Below are positions 47,177 through 57,820 of a DNA stretch of 64,000 bases, piece after piece. Position 1 is the first letter of the stretch. Each line of letters starts with the position of its first letter. The position numbers and the translations under genes were made by a program. The notes under the pieces are model-generated. The model had not been told where the DNA came from and ran no database searches. It saw only the letters and a list, made by a program, of their open reading frames with translations. Source of the stretch: Pachysolen tannophilus NRRL Y-2460 (lineage: Eukaryota); NCBI GenBank assembly GCA_001661245.1, contig KV454011.1:2161271-2225270 (forward strand), written 5' to 3'.

Positions 47177-48730
47177 ATGGCTTTTGTTTTAACAGAAACG
47201 GCAGCTGGGTATGCTTTACTCAAAGCGTCGGATAAGAAGATTTATAAGTCTACTAGTCTTTTAACTGATTTGAACAGTGCTGAAAAAGTTGCCAACCAGT
47301 TTAAGATTGCTGCTTTTTCCAAATTTAGTTCAGCAGCTAGTGCTTTAGAAGAGGCAACTTCAATTATGGATGGTAAAGTATCTGAAAAATTGAGTAAGAT
47401 GCTTGATGAAGCAAAATCTTCAAAAAAGGCAACGTTAATAGTATCTGATACTAAATTAGCCAATGCTATTAATAAGTTGGGTTTAAATTTTTCAGTTGTT
47501 TCAGATGCAGTAACTTTGGATTTATATAGAGCTGTTAGAGAATATTTACCTGAATTATTACCTGGTATTTCTGATAAAGATTTATCTACAATGTCTTTAG
47601 GTTTATCACATTCTATTGGTCGTCATAAATTAAAATTTTCTGCTGATAAAGTGGATACTATGATTGTTCAAGCCATTGCATTATTGGATGATTTAGATAA
47701 AGAATTAAACACTTATGCAATGAGATGTAAAGAATGGTATGGTTGGCATTTCCCAGAATTAGCCAAGATTGTTACTGATTCTGTTGCTTATGCAAGAATT
47801 ATTCTTACTATGGGTATTCGTTCAAATGCTGCTGATATTGATTTAAGTGAAGTTTTACCAGAAGAAATTGAACTGCAAGTTAAAAATGCTGCTGAAATTT
47901 CAATGGGTACTGAAATAACAGAAATTGATTTATTAAATATTAGAGAATTGGCTCAACAAATTGTTGAATTTTCTGCTTATAGAGAACAATTATCAAATTA
48001 TTTATCTAATAGAATGAAGGCAATTGCACCAAATTTGACTCAATTGGTTGGTGAATTGGTTGGTGCAAGATTGATTGCTCATGCTGGATCAATGGTATCC
48101 TTAGCTAAAGCTCCTGCTTCTACTATTCAAATATTAGGTGCTGAAAAGGCATTATTTAGAGCATTAAAGACAAAACATGATACTCCAAAATATGGTTTAC
48201 TTTATCATGCTTCATTAGTTGGACAAGCCTCAGGTAAAAACAAAGGTAAGATTGCAAGAGTCTTGGCTGCAAAAGCAGCAGTTGCATTACGTTATGATGC
48301 TTTAGCTGAAGAAAGAGATGATTCTGGAGATATTGGATTAGCTGCTAGAGCTAAAGTTGAATCAAGATTAAGTGCTTTAGAAGGTCGTGATTTAAGAACA
48401 ACTTCAAAGATTATTAGAGAACTGAAGAAAATTGAATTAACAGAATCTAAAGCATATAATGCAGATGCTGATGCCACTACTGATGCCATTGCTGCTGCTG
48501 AAACTACCACTGCAACTATTGCAGACTCTGATGATGAATCAGATGAAGAAGAAGAAAAAGAGAAAGTAGAGAAGAAAGAAAAGAAACACAAGAAAGAAAA
48601 GAAAGAAAAGAAAGATAAAAAGCGTAAGAGAGAAGATGAAGAAGAATCTGAAGAGAAAAAGGAGAAAAAGAAACTTAAGAAGGAAAAGAAAGAGAAAAAG
48701 GAAAAAAAAGAAAAAAAACATAAGAAATAA
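47177..48730 (+). CDS. NOP58: Box C/D snoRNP core protein Nop58
   Basis: [17 protein letters not shown], Nop domain ([24 protein letters not shown]), KKE tail. Confidence 0.97.
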   Translation: MAFVLTETAAGYALLKASDKKIYKSTSLLTDLNSAEKVANQFKIAAFSKFSSAASALEEATSIMDGKVSEKLSKMLDEAKSSKKATLIVSDTKLANAINKLGLNFSVVSDAVTLDLYRAVREYLPELLPGISDKDLSTMSLGLSHSIGRHKLKFSADKVDTMIVQAIALLDDLDKELNTYAMRCKEWYGWHFPELAKIVTDSVAYARIILTMGIRSNAADIDLSEVLPEEIELQVKNAAEISMGTEITEIDLLNIRELAQQIVEFSAYREQLSNYLSNRMKAIAPNLTQLVGELVGARLIAHAGSMVSLAKAPASTIQILGAEKALFRALKTKHDTPKYGLLYHASLVGQASGKNKGKIARVLAAKAAVALRYDALAEERDDSGDIGLAARAKVESRLSALEGRDLRTTSKIIRELKKIELTESKAYNADADATTDAIAAAETTTATIADSDDESDEEEEKEKVEKKEKKHKKEKKEKKDKKRKREDEEESEEKKEKKKLKKEKKEKKEKKEKKHKK

Positions 48731-49050
48731 ACTCTTTTAATTTAAGATATTTTTTTTAATTGTTTTTTTTTTGCTCTTTCCTCTTGTCTCTTGTTTCGGT
48801 TCTTTGTACTTTTCTTTATTTTATTTCATTTTTACTTTTTTTTTTTTTTTTTGAAAATATTATGTTTTAAAACTTGGTTTTTGTTTTTTTTATTTTCGTT
48901 TTTCCTTTTTGTCTTTTGTGAAGAGTGTTTCTTAGATCTTTATTCTACTTTGCATCTGTTTTTATTTTTATTTTTTTTCTTTTTTTTAATTTTAATCTAT
49001 ATGATATAGTAATGCAATGACATTATCATTTAAAAAGAAAATAAAAAAGC

Positions 49051-49818
49051 TTATCCATTATTGTTTAATGCGATTTCTAAATTTTTGAATTTTTCTTTCA
49101 ATTGCAGTAATTCCTGATTACTATTTTGATTATCTGTTACTTCATTTTCTAATACATGAATAATTTCTCCTGTTTCTAGTTTCAAATTTTCCATAATTTT
49201 TTCAAATACCAAACTATATTGTTTGTTATATTTTGATATTAATTCAATTTCACGATTTGTTGTTTCTGTTTTATCTTGAAATAATTTTGAATTACTCATT
49301 GATAATTCCAGAGTATAATTTTTTCTATTTAAAATTGAATTTTTAATTGAAATTAATAATTCTTTATTATCTTCAAGTAATTTTTCATAATTTTTACTAA
49401 AAAATTCTTGTGTTTGAAGAGTAATCATTAATTTTAAATTTTCTGATTGTAAAGAATGTATTTCGCTATCCCGGGGATCAAGAGTTTCCACTAATGTTGT
49501 TAGGTCACGTTTCCCGGTGGTGTTGGTAGTTGTGGATGTGGTTGTAGAGGAAAAAGTAGAAGAAGGAGAAGATAAAGATGCCATATTAATACCAACAGCG
49601 TTAGTATTAGTATCACCGCCACTGCTAGTGGCCCCCGCACTTGAATTTCTTAAACTATTCTCATCATCAATTTCAAACGAAGATGATGAATGTCTTGCTA
49701 TTTCCTTCAACTTATCTTCAATCTCCGTACTTTTTGAATTCTGATCCATTAAACTCGATGCCAACCGATTAAGCAACGTCTTTATTGTCACTAAATCATC
49801 TTCTGGTGTTGAATCCAT
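49051..49818 (-). CDS. FAR3: Coiled-coil protein, probable Far3 (Far/STRIPAK complex)
   Basis: IEDKLKEIARHSSSSFE and ENLKLMITLQTQEFFSK...IKNSI resemble recalled Far3 segments; position near MUD2/LHS1 is consistent with ancestral gene order. Confidence 0.55.
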   Translation of the reverse strand: MDSTPEDDLVTIKTLLNRLASSLMDQNSKSTEIEDKLKEIARHSSSSFEIDDENSLRNSSAGATSSGGDTNTNAVGINMASLSSPSSTFSSTTTSTTTNTTGKRDLTTLVETLDPRDSEIHSLQSENLKLMITLQTQEFFSKNYEKLLEDNKELLISIKNSILNRKNYTLELSMSNSKLFQDKTETTNREIELISKYNKQYSLVFEKIMENLKLETGEIIHVLENEVTDNQNSNQELLQLKEKFKNLEIALNNNG

Positions 49819-51290
49819 CTTATAATATAATAGTAAGTAGTTAATATATAATTATACACTTACTTACTTATTCACTCACTATCTATATAGATATAGTTTT
49901 AATTTAATAGTAATGAAAAATTCATAAACTTGTGCACTGTCCGCACGACCTTTTTCTTTTTCTTTTTCTTTTTCTTTTTTTAACTTTTTCACTGGAAAAA
50001 TTTAACGGAAATTTTTATTTTTTATTTCTCTGTTTTATTGTTTTCGGCGGTTAAAGTACTTCTGCACCGGCAGAATTTTTCCCTCTTTCTTCTTCTCTTC
50101 CCCTTCTTCTTTTTTCCTTTCGGAAAAAAAAAAAAAAGAAGAAGGTTCTCCCACAGTGAAACACCAATAAAGCTAAAGTTAAAACTAAAGGCTAAGTCTA
50201 AAGCTCAAATAATTTTAACTCTTTTCATATAAAACAATCAAATTGATTACAATTCTTAAATAAGATCAATTTCCTAAAAAATTTATTTTCTATCTAAGAC
50301 ATTCTATACTAATTTTAATCTATTGGCTTATTTATAGTATTTCCTAATGCGGGTTCTAGATTTTCTATTTTTTTATTTTGTATTTTTTACGTGAAAAAAT
50401 TCTGACGGCACAATTACATCATGGTAATCAGTAAAAATCAATCAATCAATCAATCATTATACAATAGAATAAGATTAATCACGATTTAAAAAACCAATTT
50501 ATTTTATTAGAAAATTTGTGCTGCTACAAGATTTTTTTTGTTAAAAATTAATTTTATATATCCATTCATCCATTAATCCATCCACATTAAATATCTCAAA
50601 AATACATTTAATTCTCTCTTTCTCTTTCTTTCTTTATTTCTCATTATATAGATATAAGCATTTTAGCTAAAAAAAGAAATTCACGTTGTCTTTTTTTAAT
50701 TTTTTTAATTTTTTTAATTTTTTTTTTCTTTCTTTTTTATTACTGTTTTTGAGGAGCTGGACTTTGACCGTTTTTTCTCACCCCTTTCCCTTTTAAAAAA
50801 AAACATAAAAACATATAGCTGTAAAATAATAATTACTATTTATTTATTTATAATTTATTTAATCATATTATTAAGGTCATTTAAGATAGGTTCCGAGCTT
50901 TCAGTTGTTGGGCCTAATTAAACTCTTTTTTTTTTTAAAAAAAGAAGAAAAAAAAAAGATTTAAGACAAAAGAAAGAAAGGGAATATTAAATTATTTTTT
51001 TTTAACTTCTTGTTCTTCTTTTTCTTTAAAAAAAAAAAGGAATCTACTGTTAATTTAATTAATTTAATTTAATTTAATTTAATTAAATTTTTTTTTTTCT
51101 TTCTTTCTTACTATACTCTCTTGAGCTTGGTTTTTTTATTTATTTTTTTTTAGTTCGTTAGTTTGTTTCCAAAAGAAATAGTTGATAGGTTTATCGCTTG
51201 GAATAGAGTTATTTTAATAATACCGCTGTTGTTAAGTTGTTTTAATTTTGTGTCTTGCGGTTATTTCCACATATTAAAATCAAGAATAAG

Positions 51291-52328
51291 ATGACTTCCA
51301 TAACGGCGGATTCTCCATCTCCTCATTTCAACTTTTCGCCATCTTTAGAACAACAAAATGATTACTTTAGTTTTAATACAAAAAATCTGCAAGTGCCAGA
51401 AGTTTCAAGAGAACAAGATACCCGTACCATTTCTCATACTCAGCATAATCGTGAATTAGCTTCAGTACTGCACTCTGTTAATGATAGGCGCCCAAGACAA
51501 GAAATACATACGCAATCATCTTATTTCCCTGTGCAGCCCCAAAACGTGATATACGAAAATGAAAATGATAGTGGTGGTGGTGGCGGTGTTGCCGCTATTG
51601 GTGTTTCTGGTTCTGGTACTCAAGTTCAATCAGTACGTAATGCACATCAAAGACCTTCTGTGCGCAAAGTGTCCCCATCAAGGAAACCATATATCAACCA
51701 TAACAAGTTGAATTCCATCTCATCAATCAGCTCAAATACATCAGAACTCACGTTGGTGGATCCCCAAAATGCTGCACTGCGGAAACTGAGCAAAAGAACA
51801 AATTCTGTGGCAAGTACAGATACATTGGTCGATGTGGGATGTGCCCATGTGCTTCCTTCTGCTCCTGCTCTTGCTCTTCCACCTGCACCTGCTCCTGCTC
51901 ATCAACATCCACATCTTCCACCTTCTTCTTCTTCGTCATCGTCCTCATCATTCTCATCGTCATCGTGCTCTTCATCGGCTTCTTCTACATGTTATCCGCT
52001 GGTGCAGCAGGTGCTGCCACTGCCACTGCCACTGCTAGCACCATCGTCAAGAGGTTCCGTCAGATCAAATACTTTAAACGATGTATCCCCGATCAGGAAA
52101 CCAAACCTAACAAGAGCATCGACTTCAAGTTCAACTTCTTCGGCACCTTCTCCAACTTTGACAGCTTTCAACCTGAATTATTCAGCTTCATTCAATTTGC
52201 CATCAAATTATCCTTTACTTAACCCTAAAAATCTTAATTTAGGTGTGTCACTGGCTTCAGCCACAGAATCGGTATTTGCTCATCATAGATCAAATACAAA
52301 TACAAATCCAATCACAAATCCAATTACA

Positions 52329-52360
<32 letters not shown>

Positions 52361-54527
52361 TAATAACTCGCAATCATTAGCAGGTGTTAAATTTCAAATG
52401 ACACCTAGACATTCTGCTTCAATGTCATTTTCATTAAAGGATTCAAACAGATTACAAAGTCGTTTGGCAAAAGATATGATTTATCAAGTTCCAGCAGAAC
52501 TCTCATTGATTTCATGTGAACTGGCTAATAAATTTATTAATTTGATGACAATGGATGAATTAACAGGATTGTCTAATTTCATAATTGTTGATGTTAGACC
52601 TTTTAATGATTATTGTAAATCACATATTAAAGATTCGATAAATATTTGTTTACCATCAACGTTGTTGAAACGCAAAAATTTTGATTTAAGTCGTTGTTTA
52701 GCTTCTTTGACACAACAGGAAAAATTATTATTTGCATCATATTTGGAAAATAAAAATATTTATGAATCACAAGGTTTAACTTTTGAGAAGTTAAATAATA
52801 AAGGTATTCCTTGCGGGAAATATGGTTTACCATCAGTTTTATTATACGATAATGCAACTGAATCGCAATCAAATGCTTCCTTGTCTGTTGCGTATTTGGC
52901 TTTGAAGTTTATCCAGGACAAAGTTTGGGATTCACCAATTTTCCTGTTAAAAGGTGGCTTTAAAAATTTTAGTACAAAATATAGCGATTTATTAGAATCG
53001 GGTACAAGAGAAAATTCAACATCTTTAGCCGGCTCTACTGATGGTACTACTGCAACTTCAAACACAACAAATATATCAAAAGTATTACCGGTGAGCAGAC
53101 CACCAACAATGATGTTGAATCTTCATCAATACCGTCCTGTTTCATCCTCAGATGAATCCTCTTTTTCAACATCACCAACTTCATCAATTCTATCGGTATC
53201 TTCTACTCCAACAAGTAAGATTTGTAGAAATTCACCAATATTGTCCAGATTTGTTCTTCCAGATCCACCACTGGTTCCAATGTTTAAAACAAGATTCCAA
53301 GAAGAATTGTTGACATCGAGGCCAGATTCAACGTTATCATTATCTATCTCAAAACAATCAATGGATGATATAGAATTAAATAATTTACCAATTTGGGCAA
53401 TGAAAATATTAGCTGATGATTGTGGCTGTTCTTCAATTTCGAAAAAATTTCATGATTTAGAGGTTGCTGAAAAGGAAAGGTTGGATCAAGTATTTGGTAA
53501 GGAAAAAGCTTTTAATTTAAATAATGATAATCAAGAATTCCCTTCAATTTCATCTGGTGTTGAATTAGGAGCTAAAAATAGGTATAAAGATATTTTCCCT
53601 TATGAACATTCAAGATGTAAAATTTTTAGCCCACCTAATGGTTGTGATTATATCAATGCATCTTACATGTCAGCTCCAGGAACTGTAAATAATTATATTG
53701 CCGCTCAAGCCCCATTAAAAAATACTATTGGCGATTTTTGGAGATTGGTTGTTGATCATAAATCAACACTTATATTATCTCTCACTGCAGAATGTGAGGC
53801 AGGTATAGAAAAATGTGCTGCATTTTGGGAACCTGGTGTATATGATAACAATGGTATGGTAAAAGTTGAACTATTAGAATGTGATTCTAATTTTAAACTT
53901 AATCAACTTTCAACTGCGGAAATAACTCTCAGGAGATTAAAAGTTACAATTGATGGGAAAGCAGAGCATGAAATTTTTCAAATTCATATAATATCATGGC
54001 CAGACTATGGTGCTGGTTTTTCAATACGAGACTTACTTTCTTTGGTCTCTTTGAAAAGGCAGATTGTAAACCGTACTTCTTCCCCAGAAACACCTGTAAT
54101 GGTGCATTGTTCTGCTGGTTGTGGAAGAACAGGTACTTTTTGTGCTGTTGATTCTGCAATAGATATTTTATTAAATGATCCTGAAAAGCTTTATACTCAG
54201 GATCTACGTGATATTAATTTTGACCCAATATTATTAACTGTTGAGTCCTTCAGAAAGCAAAGAATTAGTATGGTTCAGACATTAAGGCAATATTTCCTTG
54301 CCTATGATGCTCTTTTATTATTTTTAAGAAATTATGTTAGAGTTGTTGATGATATTAAGAATAATCCTAATGGAGTTTTCAATGCGAAAGATGGTGGATA
54401 TATGGAAATTTTGAATAATGTTGCTATCAACCTCGTTGATAGCCCTAATGAATTTAAAGAGTTAAATATACTACAGCATTTTATTAATGATTTTGGAATT
54501 GCCGGTTCACAAAAAAATATAATGTAA
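51291..54527 (+). CDS. PTP3: MAPK tyrosine phosphatase Ptp2/Ptp3 (rhodanese-like plus PTP domain)
   Basis: DVRPF...HIKDSINICLPSTLLKR, KNRYKDIFPY, WPDY, HCSAGCGRTG, QRISMVQT; lies between RET1 and YOS1. Confidence 0.9.
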
Positions 54528-54752
54528 ACAGAGAAATGTCACAGAATTGTTAATTTTATTGTATTTCCTTTTTTCTTTTAGGAGCAATGATTTACCTCTA
54601 AAAGTTTTGAAAAGTTCTGTTTTTTTTTTGTGTTTTTCTTGTTTTTTTTTTTTTTAGATTTTTTTTTTTTTTGCAAAAAAAAAAAAAATTAGATTATAAG
54701 GTTAAGATCTGGGGTATTAATGGATAAAAACGTCGATAAGATTAAAACGTTT

Positions 54753-54783
<31 letters not shown>

Positions 54784-55093
54784 CAATTTTGGATCATTTC
54801 AAGATACCTAGGATTTTAATTTTAAGGATACTTTCATTTAGTTTAGTTAATACGTGTGCTTTTTTTTTTTTTATTATTATTTTATTTTATTATATTTTAT
54901 TTTATTTTATTTTTTTCTTTACTTAATTTTGTTTTGATTAATATGTGTATCACCATTCATTCATTTTATAAAGCTTTATAGTTCATAATAATAAATTTTA
55001 ATTTGCTAATTGATATATATGTACGTAGTTTTCCCTATCTTCAATAAAAGATACATCAATAAAACAGTAACAGTAATTGTAGTAGTAACATGT

Positions 55094-55591
55094 TTATCCC
55101 CAAATAATCAAGCATCCTATTACTACTATGTTTATGATGATCAATGGTACTATTCAAAAGATGAAGAAGTTAGTAAAAAAGGTAAGAAAAAAAAAAAAAG
55201 GTTAACTAAATCTAGAGTAATCATGACAAGATCAACTTACCTCTCATGACAGTTCTCACTGCACTTATAAATTTGATTATTCTCAGCTTAACGCTTTGAT
55301 TATCCGTCAGTTGGCCAAATGCCGGTACTTCTGATTGCGTTCCCCATCCAACTAATCAAAATGTTAGTACCAAATAAAATCATTCCTATAACAATTAAAC
55401 CTTCAAGATTAATAATACTTACTTCTATTGAGAAACCTATCCTCACTCAAAATCGCGATAGAATTGAGAAGCAATACAAACGCTTTAATAATGGGTTTCA
55501 GTTAGTACACAACAATTTTCTAATACAAAGAATTTGTACAAGAGGTTTTTTTTCAATACTCACTCATAATTAAACTATAGATACCAAACAT
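55094..55591 (-). CDS. YOS1: Yos1/IER3IP1 ER-Golgi membrane protein, 84 aa; join(55591..55564,55482..55423,55351..55241,55149..55094)
   Basis: Spliced product MFGIYSLIMTFVLLLNSIAILSEDRFLNRIGWG...SVKxRIIKFISAVRTVMRVPLIIINIVVIGCLIIWG; three introns each with TACTAAC; not in the ORF track. Confidence 0.93.
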
Positions 55592-55764
55592 CTTGGAATG
55601 GATTATTCAATAATATATAATCAAAATTTTACTTGATAAATTGTTTTATAACTAAATCTATTATTATATATTTCAAACTTTTCATTTTTATATTTAATTT
55701 TTAAACACTACACACACACCATAATTGAAAACAAAAAAACAGCCCCAAATGACATTTATCTATT

Positions 55765-57532
55765 TTACCATAACTGAATATTATAGTCAGCTTCACTAAA
55801 ATAGCTTGTTAAGACGGTTCTCTCGCCAAATCTGCAACCAGCTAAAGCTTCAAAAGCTTTGGAAGAGCCTTCTAAAGAATTAAATTTGATATATATTTGG
55901 CCCACACCGGGTTCAAGTTCCAGTTTATCTCTTTGAGTAGTAGTAGGTCTTGGGATTAAAACTTCGATAACTTGACCAAATGTTGAACAATGATTATAAA
56001 AATCTTGTTTTATTCCTTCATAGATGATATCATTGTTCAATTCTGGTACATCTATACAGTTTGAGAATTGAACGATTTTTGAAGGATTATGAATTGAAAC
56101 ACCTTGACCAATTACCAGAGAAATTAATGTTTCATAGGTAATGAATTCGTCTTGTTTGTAAGAAGACAGGCAAATTCTCTTGGCTTTTAAATTATCATTT
56201 GTATTTTGAAACTTATTATTTGAGATTTTATCAATTATTGTTGTTGATAAATCATCATCTGCAAATTCCACAAATGCTAGACCAGTTGAATCGTTAGTTA
56301 AACTATGGCGTAATAGTTTAAAAGCTATAATTTCCGTTCCTGTAACTTGTTTTAAATGATCTTGTATATCTTTTTCTATTGCATCAGTAGGAATATTTGA
56401 AATTGAAAATTTTTTAATACCTTCTATAACATTTTCAGATTCTGATTTTTTCAATGGAATAGGAGTTATATATTCTTCTGGTCTTGATATCTTCAAATTA
56501 CAATCTAACAGCTCAACAAATTGACCATCAAGAGAAACCGCTATTGTAGCAAGTGAAGCATTTATAAACTCGATTATTAAATTTGTACCATCTGAACTTA
56601 ATCTTTGACTTGAAACTACATCATCTTTATTTTCGTGGTCTTCAATATTTAAATTTGTAAGAAATCTATTGAAATACAGTGAAACATCTTCCAGTTTAAA
56701 TTTAGTAAAATCCACGTTAGAAACAATAACATTTTTACTTATATGAGAACGAATTAAATTCATCTTTGAATTCTCTAATGAAATAGTCGAAAGTTTACCC
56801 AGTTTTGAAACATCTTCTTCTCTTTCATGTAATAATCTTAAAACTCTACTGTAATCGATATTCAATTTTTTAGAGCCTGGTTTTTGGAATAATCCAACCA
56901 GCTTTGCTCTGACAGCAGGAATTTTTTCAAAACCTTTAGGTGCCACATCCCATAAGGAATTACTAGGTCTCTCTATCTTATCTAATGATACAACTTGAGA
57001 AAGATCTTCATCAACTTCATCATTTTCTTCATTTTTATTTTCTTTTTTTTCTTCTTTTTCTCTTTCGAGTCTATAATTACCTCTTGTATCTCTTCCTCTA
57101 TCCCTATCTCTATCCCTATCCCTATCTCTTCTGGAATCTCTTCTATTGTCTAAATCGTTATAGTCAGATCTACCGTCTCTCATAGAATAACCTGAACTCT
57201 GATTTCTATTATCTCTCAGTGGTCTGTACGCACTTGACCTCCTATATTCATAATCGTTATTCAGCCTCCTGTCATCGTACCTTCCTCTTCCACCATAATG
57301 GCGGCTCTCATAATCATACGATCTCTGTTCAAAATTCCGATCTCTAGTGTCTCTATTCTCTCTAGTGTCTCTAGTGTCTCTAGTGTCTCTATTTCCTCTT
57401 GGACCTTGTGGAAAACCTTTTGGACCACTAGGTCTAAAATCACCTATCATACATTGTTAGTAAAACATACAAAAAAATTATAAAAATTAAAATAAAACTC
57501 AATCCATACATACCGTTCCTATCTCTACCCAT
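55765..57532 (-). CDS. MUD2: U2AF large subunit (Mud2/U2AF65); join(57532..57514,57443..55765)
   Basis: RD/RS-rich N-terminus, SLWDVAPKGFE (ULM), RRMs, UHM (GVGQIYIKF...GCRFGERTV). Intron 57513-57444: GTATGT...TACTAAC...TAG. Divergent from LHS1. Confidence 0.9.
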
Positions 57533-57820
57533 TTCAACTGCTCCTTCTTCAATCACAACCTATTAAAACACTTATAAAACCTTTAAAATCATCTTAAACC
57601 TCTTCTTCTCGTCGGGTTTTGAATTTATTATTGGGTCGTGATACACTACAGATGAGTTTTCTGGATCTTTTTTTTTTTGCCAGCGCATTATCAGGAAGAA
57701 GAAGAAGAAGAAGAAGAGATTTGAAATGATTTAATTGATTTTTGTTTATTTTAATTTTATAAAGGTGAAATAGTTCATAAGAGTAGCTAGAGGTTGATAA
57801 GTGGATATATATTGGGCGGT

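Noticed and set aside
48539..49009. Phe-rich ORFs near the NOP58 3' end
   Set aside because: Artefacts of the KKE-tail complement and T-rich 3' UTR.
55319..55573. Plus-strand 84-aa ORF (also 55010-55249)
   Set aside because: Antisense to the spliced YOS1 gene.
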